Source of the DNA: Octopus sinensis
Lineage: Eukaryota
Reading direction: 5' to 3'
Length of the DNA stretch: 64,000 nucleotides
Assembly (NCBI RefSeq): GCF_006345805.1
Contig: NW_021832124.1
Coordinates: 1 to 64,000 of the forward strand
Shown: one piece after another, positions 1 through 13,320 of the stretch
Layout: each line of letters starts with the position of its first letter
Numbering within the stretch: position 1 is the first letter of the stretch
The notes under the pieces: model-generated
Told to the model about the DNA's origin: nothing
Seen by the model: the letters and a program-made list of their open reading frames with translations, nothing else
Database searches by the model: none
Program-made: the position numbers and the translations under genes

Positions 1-3000
1 ACAATTCAACAGAATCCTCAAAAATCAAAGACTCCTCAATATTGTACAGTTGGGCGTTCTCAAACATGAGTACAACATCCTTAGAGAACTCCTCCAATGA
101 AGTATATTTCTTCAACTTGATTCGACTCTACAATACAACACACCCAACACCTTAATCCGCTTTATGTCCACTGGCTTTTTAATAATCTCGTAATAGTCAG
201 GCAACTCTCTCCTCGATGGCAATTCCAGGAAAGGATCAATCAATGCTCGGCCATCCCTTAACTATACTAAAACCATTACTCGTCATGATAGTCAATCAAA
301 AATGTCAACAAATCGTTCAAGAGCTGACCAATATCCCTCTGGGTTGGCTTGACTGCTCTCTTTGGTCTACTGGGCACATAATCCTCTGAGAAACTCGAAT
401 CCTCCTCCTCAACTTGTGCCCGTCTCCGTGAGAAAGAATGTTCCCAAATTGGCGAGTTCACTTTTTCATAAGACGAATGAACAAGCCAAAGGGGGAGTTC
501 ATCCTCGGTGATTACTCTTGAAGGAATATTGTCACGTTTGTCCATTTGTTCACGCTGGGAGTCCATCTGTGTGAACAACTCATATTCCTCGTTTGACCTC
601 ATTAGCATAGCATTGATGGCTTCATCGTCGTGGATAGAATCAGCGTCCTTAACCTCATCTCCGTCCTGATCCAATAAACTCTGCAAGAATTGCCTTCTTT
701 GATCGGATGTTGACTTTTGGTCAAACATTCCAGCACGAATGACCTTCTCGTCCATATTTAGTTTATTCTTTGCAGCAGAAAGAATTCTTTCCTCCACAGA
801 ATTAACAGTGACTAGACGAAGTACTGTGACTTGTCTGAGCTGCCCAATCCGATGTGCTCTGTCTTCGGCCTGCAGGTCTTGATGGGGATTCCAATCAGAG
901 TCAAATATTATCACTGTGTCCGCAGTTTGTAAGTTCAGTCCCAACCCACCAGCCCGAGTACTCAGAAGGAATATAAACGTGTCAAGTTGGGGGTCGTTGA
1001 ACTGAGACAAGAGGAACTCCCTGTCCTCAGCTTTGGTAGACCCGTCCAATCTGAGGTGAGAAAAATCCCTCATATTCAAATAATCCTCCAAAATATTCAT
1101 TAAAGATGTCATTTGACAAAAAACAAGACATTTTCGATTCACTGCTTTCAATTTGGGCAATATTCTGTCAAGGACCTCAAATTTTCCCGAAACACGGAAA
1201 AGAAGAGGCCCAGTGACCATATCATTGGACATTCCAAATTTCTGTGCCAACGACTTTTCAACCGACTCAAACATGAAAGGATGATTACATATCTTCCGTA
1301 ATTGCATAAGAGTATTAGAAAGTGACCTCCCAACAACTTTTGACTTTTCATCACATGTGAGGACTACTCCATTCTTCTGCATATGTGTATACATAATTCT
1401 CTGGAGTGGAGTGAGGGCACATTTGATTATATATTCCACTTTATCCGGCAACTGACATTCAACTTCCTTTTTTAGTCTTCGAAGGATAAATGGACGTAAA
1501 ATCGTGTGGAGTCGACGAATTACCAAAAGTGACTCTTCCTGGTTAAGTTCCACCCGCTCATTCATACTAGCAAATGGAGCACTAAACCACTGCTCGAACG
1601 TGGCACAGGATTTAAATATTGTCGGCTGAATAAAGTTTAAAAGAGCCCAGAGTTCAGGAAGACGGTTCTGCAGAGGAGTCCCCGTTAGAAGCAGTCGGTA
1701 GGGGACATGGAATTTGCTGGAAAGAATACTGGTCAGTTTACAGTGATGGTTCTTCATACGATGTCCTTCATCGATGACCAGATAAACCCACCTCATCTTC
1801 CTGTTAGTCAAAAAAGATACCTTCGAAAGGACATTTTTGTCTTTTATGATATAATCATATGTTGTAATGACCACATTTACATTTGTAGATCTCATTCTTA
1901 AGCCGACTTCCCTCCTCACTTGTGGGGTCCCTCGATATGCCACCACAGCCATCGAAGGTGCCCATCGACCAAACTCATTCACCCAATTGGACAAAGTCCT
2001 TCCAATCAGCACGACCACTTACGACAAGGGCACCACAACCAAATGGGGACCGTGAATTCTCTTATGTTCCAATAAATAGGCCAGAAGAGCAATAGTCTGA
2101 ATAGTCTTGCCCAAACCCATCTCATCTGCCAAAATACCGTTCAAATTGTTGTTATAAAGAGACACCATCCACTCCAGTCCAGCAATCTGATACAACTTCA
2201 AAGTGCCGCCTGTGAGGATTGTAGGCTGGACTTGAATCTTTTCTCGATTAAAATGAGCAATGGAATAACAGTCCTGTCCTTCCTCCCCCAATGACCGATC
2301 ACACATGTGGGACTGCAATAACTTGGCCATATTCCCTATATATTCGTCCGTTTGTTCCAACAAGTATTTCAATCGGGTGTCCTTCTTTTGATCTATCAAC
2401 TTTCGGTACCCCACTTCATCCTCTTCCTAAAAACGTGTTTAATTATTTATTTGCCATTAATCGACGCATTCTTTCCCGCCGAATTCGATCCTCCTCTTTC
2501 TTTTGCTCTCGTTCATTCGTCAGGTGGTGGTTTAACACGGCCTTGTTCACTTTGCCCAGTTTGGTTGCTCGAATTCGCATATTTTCACGGAATTGCCTTT
2601 GATGTTGCTGAATTCTCCCCAAAAATTCCTAAAAATCAGAATTTTTACATTTTAACTAAAAATTGTTGTCTTCTTAGTCTCTCGGATTCCATTTTTTCAT
2701 GTTTTTCCATTCTTTCTGTTATTCTGGAATCACGGAGGCTTTGTCTCTTGACTCGACGACCAAAGGCAGGTCCCTCAATTCGGCAGGACTCCTTCATCAC
2801 ACACAACACTTCTTCCCGCACGTGCTTTTGGAGATCCAGCAGGCCAATCGCCTTCAACTCGATCAAAGCCTTCATTTTATTGTCCTCACTAAGACTGTTC
2901 AAAACTCCCGCCAGACTTTCCGATCGATATTTTAATTGTTGTTTAATTCTGAAAAATCGATAAATTATATTACATATTTTCCCGCTCTTTTAATAATATG

Positions 3001-3338
3001 TTCATGTCTATTTTCTAGTGGTGATTATTTTTTAGGAATACAAGTGGGTTTATGATTCCTAAATCATCTAAGAGCTCAGAAGGGATTGGTAATCCACGTT
3101 TGATTAGTTGATATGTGCTTATTTGGGCTTTTATTTTGTTTAGTTGGGTAGCTGTGACCTGACAAGCAAGTTGTCTCATTTCGTTGGTTAGCTGGGGATT
3201 GGGTTCCGGTTCAAGGAAGAGGACTCCTTCTCGATCTAGGTGTTTTGGGTAATATGTTACATTTCTTGCGTCTGTTAGGTAGGAAGGGACTGGTGTTGGT
3301 ACTTTTTGGGCAATATCGGGCTGAGAAGTATAAATCAT
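1..3338 (-). CDS. SMARCA2/4: SWI/SNF ATPase Brahma/BRG1 homolog (QLQ, HSA, SNF2 ATPase, bromodomain); multi-exon, runs off the left edge
   Basis: QLQ ([16 protein letters not shown]), HSA ([24 protein letters not shown]), [48 protein letters not shown]. Bromodomain [23 protein letters not shown] at 1-260. Introns traced at 128-150, 1797-1820, 1999-2022, 2427-2454 (GC-AG) and 3015-3041. One junction near 255-281 does not splice in frame as written. Confidence 0.97.
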
Positions 3339-3588
3339 TCCAACCACAATGAACGTGTATTATTAAATAATATATGTTTATTTAATTATTTGAAATAATC
3401 ATTTAATAATTAAAAAAATTAATTTTTATTTATTGATCTTTTATAGTAAATATTCATTTTTATTCTATTAAAAAACATCAATTTAAATCTAATATAATGA
3501 AATAATAGTTTAATTAATTATATCATAAACTTATTTATTTAGAAACAATTTGTTAATAAATAATAAAATTTAATTGTTTTGAATTCTA

Positions 3589-6570
3589 ATGAGAAAACTA
3601 ATACGCCTTTCAGTAAGTTTACAAATATTTAAAAAAGGGTAAAAACGCGGACAAAAAACCAACACAAGACGAATTATCCACAAATAATGACCTCCGAGGA
3701 TTTGTCTGCCCTTCATGTTTTGAGAATTTTGATACTTGCGAAGAATTATCAGTTCACTTTTCAACCCATCAAGTCCTCAATATATATATATTAGAATGGA
3801 CAACAAGAATTGTTGACCGACGACAAAAATGTGATGCAACAACAACAAATTGATAGCCTTCAACTAATAAACAAACAGTTGGAAAAAGATAAATCCAACT
3901 TGGAACAAGAATGTCAAAAATTAGAGCAGAATCGGCACTTTTCAGAGAAAAGCACATCAAAAATTGAATTTTGTTGTTTAATGTATTATATTAGTAGATC
4001 AAAGCAGATTTGACACAATTAAACAAGAGCAGGCAGATTTGAGTGAATATTGCAGAGAGAAACTTGAGTTGATGAAAAAACATGCCAAATCAACTTGTAT
4101 TGAAGTTTCAAAAAGTCGGGTTAATAAATTGGCTCTAAACCTGCAAAAATATATCAAAAAATCACAAAAACTTGCAATTTCGTTAAGAAAAAACTTGACA
4201 ATAACACAAATACTATCAAAAAACTTGTTTTCTAATTCATTTATGTTTGTTAAATGGATTATTAAATGTTTTTTGTCAACAGTCTCCAATATTCAGAGTA
4301 TGACTACTATTTCCAGAAGGTGTCCTCAGTTTGGACTGATTTTTAGACTTTTTATAAAAAATGAGACACTTTTTGGTCAGATTGGACAACTTGAGACTCA
4401 AATTTCTTTTTTTGTTCAGTCGGCGGGGACGGATGAGACGTCTCGAGTCACGATCGACTACCTCAGGACAGAACAGGTCGGAAAGTCGTTTATTTTTGTT
4501 AGGAAAAACTTTTAAATAAAGTCGAGGCAGCCCGAATTATGAACATCGAACAAACCGCGGCTTTTGACGAAGCTATGAAATGCAAGGAACTGGAATACTC
4601 CTGTCAAGTTGAATAAAACGTGCTTTATTTACATAGATTGAAGATTTGACCAAACAAATCAGTTTTACCGAACAAGAAAATGCCAAGCTTGGCCAAAAAA
4701 TGTCGACATTTTGTGATCTTGAGCAAAAAATGAGTTTAATCCGAACTTTCCTTCCAAAACTCGCCACTTCGCTTCGTTCTTCCAAAAACACGCTTGATTC
4801 AATTATTCTGAGTTGTACAATCAACAGGAGAAAGTCGAAATTGTCTGGAGAGGCATTAAAAAGGACAGCAAGTTTAATTCGTGAAGAGATGACCACCACA
4901 AAACTATTAATATCGTCTCATTTCCAAATACAAGCGAGGAAATTGCCACATTTGCTCATTCTATACGTCAAATTGAACTTGCGAGGTCTGCGGAGTGGAA
5001 ATGGACTTGTCTTGGCCTCTTTAAATCAAGGCTTACGAGCATATCTTTAGCCTATTCGAATATTAAACAAGTTGCGGAGGCCAATCAGTGTTCAATGAGT
5101 CAAAATTTACAAGTTTTAAAGAATCTGATAATTGGGCACTCCCTTAGAGTGAATAAAGTGAAAATTGGGTCTTGGAATTTTTGGAAAGATGAAGTTATTG
5201 GCCTAAAAGGATTGGTTGATGAGACACGTGGCAGGCTGGTTTGCCATCGAGATGAGATTGATTCGATTCTTGTCAGTCTTCTTGTGCCAGTAATTAACTG
5301 TAATCGACGAATCCGGATATTAATGAATCAGACTGAATTGACAATGTCGAGAATCGAGACTTTTGCATCCCAAAAAACTCCAATTATTGAAAAAATGACG
5401 AATCTCGTGTTTTCCGTTCGTGCTCAATTAAGAACGTTGGACAAGCATTCTAATTTGCTACTTTTGTTGAAACAAATTGTCGAATCAATTGGCAAGTTTT
5501 ACGAGTGTCTCAGAATGATGGATTTGAGAATGATTCGAATTACACAAAAAAGTTTACAAAACTTTAAATTGACGCAACAAAAATTGATATTAAAATGTTC
5601 ATCACAGTCCAGTCAGATTAGGATTTGGGAAGCAAAAACCGAGAAGAATCGTCTCTTTCTAATAAATTTGATTGTCAATGCCGAAAGACTGCATTTTGGA
5701 TCAGTCGAACTGAAAAAACTGTGTTTGGAGTCAACTGACAGGGGAGAACACATTAAATGCTATTTGTTCGATGTTTTGAATCGTTTTAAATATTTAAATT
5801 CAGTTTTTAAGGTTGTAAATACTATTTTATAATACTTAGAACTAATTAACCAAGCCGACGCTGTCCATATATCTAGAAAACAGGAGATTGACTGTCTTTT
5901 AATACAAAATGCTGATTTACAGCAAAAAAATGACGAAAATTGCAATTCAATCACAAAATTAAACTTTGAGCTGACACAATCAACCAATTCACTCAAAATA
6001 AGCTTAGACAAACTACAAATTCAAACAAACGAGAAAGAAGGTTGTTGTGTGTTGACTGACTGGTTAGATCTGGAAAAGCAGTTGAGGACTCAATTAGAGT
6101 CGAATGACCTGCTAATGAAAGAGTAGTATTAATATAAGGAATCTCAGGTATCTCAAGATTGAAGAACGGGACGAAGAGACCAGAGAACAGTTGTTAGCAA
6201 TGAAACTCAAAAACGTTGATCTGACCACCGGAATCCGTGAATTGGCCTCAGAAAACTCGTCCCTTCAGGTACATGGAGTGACCAAAACATTTAGATAATC
6301 GCCAATCGAGTATCCAACACTCAGTGGCATTCGGATAAGGATTGTCGACTGTGTGCTAATTGTAAAATAGTCTTTTCTCTGACAGTAAGGAAGGTTAGAG
6401 GAGTATTTAATCGGTAGCATCATTGTCGTAGTTGTGGAGCCATATTCTGCGCTGCGTGTACTACAGGTAGACTTCAGTTGGCAGCTGCTTCGAAAAATCA
6501 ACGTGTTTGTGACCAATGTTATAACACCATCAAAAGTAAGAGGAATCCACAACCAGAGAATATTATTTGA
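3589..6570 (+). CDS. EEA1: EEA1-like early endosome tether (N-terminal C2H2 finger, long coiled coil, C-terminal FYVE)
   Basis: ATG 3589 with introns 3613-3637 and 3773-3794 gives GFVCPSCFENFDTCEELSVHFSTH. 3' exons give WHSDKDC..RKHHCRSCGAIFC..RVCDQC, stop TGA 6568-6570. Middle exons not fully resolved. Confidence 0.8.
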
Positions 6571-6687
6571 CATATTTTATTTTAACTTAATAATATTGGT
6601 TATTGAAATGAGTATTTTTGCCTTAATTGGCTATTAAAATAATATTAACCACATAGTCAATTTAGATTGAATACAATGGATTATATC

Positions 6688-6699
6688 TACCACGTGGTA
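6688..6699. promoter_or_regulatory. Palindrome TACCACGTGGTA with an E-box core, ~80 nt upstream of PTPMT1
   Basis: Perfect 12-nt palindrome in an AT-rich intergenic gap; function inferred from position only. Confidence 0.2.
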
Positions 6700-6780
6700 C
6701 CAAATCGAGTTTTAATTTGAATTATTTAAGATTTTTTGGTATTAATTAAAATAAAAAATTTAATTTATAGTGGAATTGTT

Positions 6781-7415
6781 ATGTTTATTTTAAGACAATC
6801 TTTAGCATATGTATCATTCCTCCCGACTTTACTATACAACAAATTACTCAAAAAACTTTCATTAACCACGTGGTACAGTGTAGTGGACGAATGTGTTATA
6901 TTAGGAGCCTTGCCTTCAAAAAAACTTATTGTTAATGAAGTAATTTTTAACGTAATAAAAAAGTTAATTCCTTCTTATAACATTCACGGAATTGTCTGCC
7001 TCTGTCAAGATTATGAGTTATACTTAACCAGTCCGAGTTCTAAAGTAATTCTTAAATATTTATTGACAGACCATTAAAAGTCTTGGAATAGAAAGATTGA
7101 GAGTCCCACATTTGACATGGGACCTTCGCCCTCAATGTCTGATTTGGAAAAATCAGTCGATTTTATCATGAATTATTTTGAGTCAAAAACTCGTGTCTAT
7201 GTGCACTGTAAGGCTGGAAAGTCGAGAAGTGCAACAGTTGTTTGTTGTTATCTTATGAAAGTATTTTTTGTGAGTTTTTTTAGCGTCTTGGGATGAGACC
7301 TGAAGAGGCAGTGGAGTTTTTGAAATCAAAACGACCCACAATTTATATTTCGAAGGATCAGATGAATTCATTGGAAAAATATTTTAGCAATCTTTCTGAT
7401 ATAAATAATTCTTAA
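6781..7415 (+). CDS. PTPMT1: Mitochondrial phosphatidylglycerophosphate phosphatase (dual-specificity phosphatase)
   Basis: FLPTLLYN, W-Y..VILGALP, catalytic VYVHCKAGKSRSAT; intron 7261-7283; stop TAA 7413-7415. Confidence 0.93.
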
Positions 7416-7603
7416 TTTAACTTTTTAGGTTTTGGTTTTTATTGTTACGAAAGTTTTTTTTGCGATAAAATATTATTTTTTATTCAAGGTTTATCATATT
7501 CTAATTAAAACCTTTATATTTAGTAATTTACAAAATTACAAAATAAAATTAATCTTAAAAATAATTGGATTTCATTAATAAATTATTTCAAAACTTTACC
7601 GCA

Positions 7604-8498
7604 ATGCTTGTCTTAACGATCGTTTTAATAGGCTATGCACTCAGTTCTGATAAATCGACATGTTACAAGCTTCTTGTAAACTACAGCCAAGAGTTGGGGT
7701 TCTTTATGGATTGTGCTGGAAAATATTCTCGTCCTTTTAGCATTTGCATTGACTGCAAAAATTTGCTTTCTAAAGTGCAAAAACTTAGAGGAAAAATGGC
7801 ATTTAAATATTCTTTTGACTACTAGATTGTGGAAAACTGCGGTCACTCTGTTGTTTACCGTGGAATCACTTACGACTACGTCCAACTCTCAATCAACACA
7901 GTAATTAATATTTGGGATACTGCATTTTGCGAAGGTTTACTTATATTGTCAAATTAGATTGCTATTCAAATGGACAAGTTTCAGAAACTTATAAAACATT
8001 TGTAAAGTTATCAACAAATCTTTCAAAATGTTTGGACGGAGCCACAGCTTGGGTTGTTTTTAAATTTTATTTCAAAAAGAAATATTTATATGGACAACTC
8101 CCACCACCGAATAAATCATTTTGCACTAAATGTCTGCCTCAATTGGAAAAATTGAATAAACTGAGGTTTAGTACTTGTCGGGATATTTACGACATTGTAT
8201 TTTAATTACTTCTAAATTTGTAGACGGGGCTTTTTATGTCGATGTGGAGCAACTATTTTGAATGTGAGAATTTAAAATCCGTGCCGAGTTGGATTATTCA
8301 TGTTTCATTTGTTATGATTATTTTGCTTGTAATAGCAAATTATGGTCTTATTTTTTACTATATAAAGCCAATAAACAAAAAACTTCTCAAACAGACTATG
8401 ACAGGTTTAAATTTGCTAAGCATAAAATAGATCGTACTAATTTGCTCAGTACTATTGAAAATTGTTTTACAATTGGAAAATACTGGTCTTCGAATTAA
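7604..8498 (+). CDS. OSTM1: Osteopetrosis-associated transmembrane protein 1 homolog (ClC-7 beta subunit)
   Basis: Signal peptide; Cys-rich lumenal domain with CAGKYSRPFSICIDC; WSNYFEC followed by one TM helix. The last exon to 8498 depends on a 26-nt GT-AG intron near 8405-8430. Confidence 0.8.
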
Positions 8499-8939
8499 AA
8501 GTGATTTTGATTTTTTCTAATTTAATTTGTCTTTTTGCTGATCTTGAATTTTTTTCTAGATTTGAAGTTATTTGAATTTACTTGACAATTTTGTCTTTTT
8601 AAACTAAGTGAGTTTTTTAATCGATATTTGTTTTTTAAGATTTTCGATAAAAATCTGATTAGAATTTGATAAGAAAACTAATTATAAATTCATTTTATAT
8701 TTTATTTTCCACTCGAGGCGTAGGCATTAAATTGTCAACAGTGACTTTTCATGATCAGGAAAAATGTAAACAAACTCCAGCTAACAATGAAGGCCTACAG
8801 TTTCAAAATACAGGAAATCAATCATCAAAGTCTTAATGATGGTTTTATTAAAAAAATAAAAATTATTTAAAATAAATAAAAAATTTTTTGCATGGAACCA
8901 GATTTTGACCTTTCTTGTAATGAATATAATTATTGACCC

Positions 8940-9415
8940 GTGGACGTATAAGCGTCATCAGCTGCAACTCGAAGGGTTTCACTGCGGCCTTGGAGGTCAA
9001 AATAGTAGCGCTTACAAGAGACCAAACTAAAGCAGTTTGGCCATTCGTAAGTTGGTGTGCTGAATGCTCAACTCCGTTGGCCTGCAGGCAAGTCACGATT
9101 ATTGACGTGGTAGGATTAATGCTGTCGAACAATTCAACGAGAGAAAGTACGACATTGTCATTGCTTCGGGGGATTCCTCAAGTTGGTGTCTGATTGTATT
9201 GGAGGGCGGGGAAGGAGGAGGAGTACAGCATGACCCGCGGTGTTGACTTCCTGGGGGTTTCCTACGTTCTCAATTTTGATTTCCCCCCTTCTTACACGTC
9301 ATATGTCCATCGAGTGGGAAGGTACCCCATTTCGACGAGTGTCAGAACTGCCCGGATGAATAGCAAAGGAGTGGCCGTCTCGTTTGGGTGTCCGAGGGAG
9401 ATGGACATTTGGTTT
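8940..9415 (+). pseudogene. DDX56: 5'-truncated DDX56/Dbp9 DEAD-box helicase fragment (C-terminal domain only)
   Basis: [52 protein letters not shown]. Retains short introns (9088-9113 GC-AG). Has frameshifts, and no motif I/II region upstream. Confidence 0.75.
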
Positions 9416-10084
9416 GTATAAAAATAGTGATGCGGAGATAATATCTGCATGAGGAACAGTTTTGATAGTTCGGTATAATAATAAACCATGTTTGACGTAA
9501 TAAGGTCATTTAGCATTGTGTGACCACTTTGTAAGGTTTACTCGTAATTTCCGTAATGAGGAGAATTCGGTAAATTTAAAGCTATTTGATTGGACTAGTG
9601 GACATGTAGTTTTAAATAGGTTGGCAAAAGTCCAACGCAGTTTGGATCGCAAATTTTTCAAAGTCACAGAAATGTAGACGTGTTCCAAAATAATAAAGAA
9701 AAATTAATAATCTCAGATATTTACTGAAAAGATCAGTAAAAGAACTTTAGAAGTGTAATTTGTATAAAATAACTTTGCAGCTTCAGCGTCTCGCAGCTCT
9801 GGGCTAGACATTTAATATTCCTTAGATTTCTGCATTCTGAATTCACGATAAGTTGGCTGTCCATGACTGAATGAGCCTAGGAAACACAATTTTATTCTCC
9901 AGTGCGTTTTAATTTAATTTTTCTTTTATCTGATAATGGATTAATCAAAAATTCAGGTTGTTCAAGAATTTGGAATACAGGCTTTATCCTTTTTTATATA
10001 TTAATTAAAATAAAAGTGTTCATTTTAGTTTACTATCTCAATTCCTTTATCATTAGAGATTGACTTTCTATTCTTTTGTAAAAT

Positions 10085-10275
10085 AACAAATATGGAAAAG
10101 ACTGAAACACTACATTCACTATGTGGCTTGTATCTGAAATAAAAATATTGTAATTAAACTTGATGGTCAGTAATCATGAGTCACTTACCACTTCAAGACA
10201 TTACATAACAAATGTAGTGTTTGTTGATGTTAGAATAGCCTTGGTGGACGATAACTGAGTATAATTCATATAATT
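10085..10275 (-). pseudogene. Ubiquitin-specific protease C-terminal fragment (His box)
   Basis: Minus strand reads LYELYSVIVHQG..KHYICYV, then SGK*LMITD, and PYLLFYKR; two in-frame TGA; no Cys box found. Confidence 0.5.
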
Positions 10276-10869
10276 TGGATTAAATACACTAACACTTTAA
10301 TTACGTAAGGGTCATTCAAATTGGGTTGCATGTTCATTTTTGGGTCAAATAGATATTTCGATTTTAGTTTTCGTATAAATCTATTTCTAAAACAAATTCT
10401 AGAATAAACTAAAAAACAATATTTTTTGGTTACGAGAGAAAACCATTTTTCGATACGAAAAGAGTCACTGGGTCTGAGCGACGACGCTCAGCTAACAAAA
10501 ACCTTGACACAGAAATAAAAACAAAAGCGAGTTTAGGGTAAATTTCTTCTTTTCAGGGAAAAAATAATCACTATTTATGAAGATTAATCACTATCATATT
10601 CACTAATGAGTCCCCACCCCCACAATGTATCTTTAGTATTTTTATATAAGAAATACGAAAATGACGAGTTTTATAAACCGCTGCACATCTTATTACCTGA
10701 CAAAGTCTAAAAATAAATGCAGATCCTTTCGCGAGTCAAAACTAATGAATGAGGAACCAACAATAACTTTTTAAAACCACTCCAATACAAGTTAAAGGAG
10801 TTATTTTTTATTTAACTTTTCGATCCGAGAGATAATTTCTGGGTGGTAGGAAATGTAAGTACAGTCTTC

Positions 10870-11877
10870 CCTATATTGCTCGTCATTCATCAAAAAGCGT
10901 TTGACTCCGTCCCAAGGAAGATCCTAATTCAAAGATATTTGGTACAAATATTTCTACACCTATGAAGCTATGGATAGCGAATTTTTTGAGCGGACGTCGT
11001 GGGAAAGTGTGCGTCGGGAACGAGATTCAAGATCACGCTTTTTGCCCAAATGGTGTACCCCAGGGTTCTCCTTTATCCCCGACCCTCTTCAACTTATTTC
11101 TGAATGATCTCCCGGTTCCTATGGATAATAAATGACATACTACTCTCCTATGCCGATGACATAGTTGTCGCATCAAGGGATGTAAATGTCGAATAACGCG
11201 AAGGAAAGACTACAAAGAATACTGGACGAATTATATGGATGGCTATAATGAAAACAGACTGCATCCTGTTCCGAAAGTCAGCAGTCACCCTATTCACGAA
11301 AAACATGAAATGGGGACGAAAATTTATTGAAGTCACGCTGAATGGAGTCCCAATACCACAAAAGGAAAACACAGAAGATATTGGGTGTACGTTTTGACAC
11401 TTTCCTCTGTTTCTCACCCCATGTTGAATCAATCGTGTCAACTTGTAATAAGAAAATCAATTTGTTGAAAGCCTTCTTTCGAACTGTGGGAGAACTTGTC
11501 CGCCAGGGTAGAGACCCTTTACAAGCAGTATATCGAGCCAACAATAGGCTATGCATGTGCTGCTTGGGGCTGTAACCTGGCGGCAACGAACCACTAAAAA
11601 TCGAGAAACATCCAGAAAAATCCATAAACATACTGAAGACCATACCGACATGAAAATTGTCCATCGAACACTGGAGTCTCTTGTAGAGGCAAGTGGGAGG
11701 ATCGTGGAGATGGAGCCAAAGCATTTCACCGTACATACAGAAAGTGTGTTGGGTCACGGTCTGAACATCGTGAAAAATGGCTAAGACTGTGAGAAGTGTC
11801 GGAATCACCTGAACACGTTAGTTAATGGTTAGACGGTGATTCTGTTTTTGGCTTAAATAAAATAATAATAATAATAA
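10870..11877 (+). mobile_element. Decayed, 5'-truncated non-LTR retrotransposon (APE-type, Jockey/I group), RT and 3' end
   Basis: KAFDSV, NGVPQGSPLSPTLFNLFL, SYADD, KILGV.FD across frameshifts; (TAA)n tail at 11857-11877. Confidence 0.9.
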
Positions 11878-12071
11878 ATTTTTAGACAAAGTCAAAATTT
11901 GGCGACTATGAGAATTTGGCGAGTAAGAGAAATAATCAATATTTTATATTCTATCAAAAAATTCTATAATTTTTTAACTACCTATTTGAGTGATTCTAAA
12001 TATTTAAATAATATCTGAAATTTATTTAAAAAACCAAGATTTTAAGTAAAAAAATCATTTTGAAAAAAAGC

Positions 12072-13311
12072 GGAATGAATTTAAAATTGTACATTATTCA
12101 TAATTCTGAGAAATATTTTAATTAAGATAAATTTTCCCAGAATCTCCCTCAATTTTATATTCTGCAAAATTGGGCTCATTCAACAAGTTTCACTGTCAAC
12201 GAAACATCATATTTTATTGGTTAATATAGTAACCAATAGAATGCAAAATCTGTTAAAATCATGTATCAAGCAATATTTTTTTGTAAGAATGTTAATTATA
12301 ATGATTCAATCCATGAGTTGAGGGTCATATGAGAGACAATCTTTTCCATTAATTTTCTCTTGAGAAACGTGTAAAAATAAATAAAGATAAAACTTTACTA
12401 GCAAAATTAAACACCAAGGAAGTAAATGGTGACTTAGTTTCCTTACAATGAATTTAAATCGAAAGATAGTTCTTTGACAATACAGGGAAGTCGATATGAG
12501 TTACAGCAATCGTGCCTTATCTTGTGCTATCCTGCGTAGAGATGTTGGAAGAGATTTAAGGAAAATCAAATAATAGAAATTGTTGTATTTAATAAAATGA
12601 AAATTAAAAGACATTAATAATCATTAAGTAATGTTGTTTGAGTAATAGCACTCAAAAAACATTAAAAATAAATTATTAAATTGTCGGAAAAATAAACTTA
12701 TAAATAGGTCAAATCAAAAATCGATTTGACCATTGGAATTTAAAAATTAGGTCATTAAAAAGAATTCATAAAAATTAATAAATATATTTTCAAATTATAG
12801 ACAAAGGAATAATACATATCGCAATATTGGGAGAAACAAACTCATAACCAACAATTTTTTAATTCATGAAGGTTCTGAGCAATATTAATATGCATAAAGT
12901 CCTTGAATAAAAATAATAATTTGCAATAAAAAACATGCGGCTCGTTGACGCAGTTAATTAAGCAGTGTGAATTTATACAGTTTTAAGGTTTACCATTTAA
13001 TAGGCTAACTCAATATATAAATAAATATATAATTTAAGTTTTTTAAATGTGCGTGGAAGAATCATGTTGATTTTAAATGATGTAATAATATCATTATTAT
13101 ACACTTGTCTGTGAAAAGTCTCATTGAGTTGAGAAGTAGTTAATGTGGCTTAATTATTTTCAATTTACAGATTTACTTCTAATTCGTTCAAATGGCGGCA
13201 AAAGAATGTCAACTTTACCAAGACCGGTTTTTCGCGGATTGAAAATTGATGGAATGACGTAAAATTGTACTATTATTCATAAATCTGAGAAATATTTTAA
13301 TTAAGATAAAT
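12072..13311 (+). repeat. Pair of ~60-nt imperfect direct repeats (12072-12132 and 13251-13311)
   Basis: Both share aaaattgtac..attattcataa.tctgagaaatattttaattaagataaat. Confidence 0.7.
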
Positions 13312-13320
13312 CAATTTTAT

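Noticed and set aside
2291-2963. Long antisense ORFs over SMARCA (and similar ones over SPT5, HYDIN, MYO18 and the LINEs)
   Set aside because: Shadow frames of real coding sequence with no recognisable motifs.
8710-8845. Open exon-like stretch (HDQEKCKQTPANNEG...) upstream of the DDX56 fragment
   Set aside because: No start codon and no similarity to the DDX56 N-terminus or any family I recognise.
10474-10491. Hairpin CTGAGCG-acga-CGCTCAG as a Helitron 3' end that could explain gene capture
   Set aside because: No CTRR terminus at the expected distance on either strand, and no Rep/helicase remnants.
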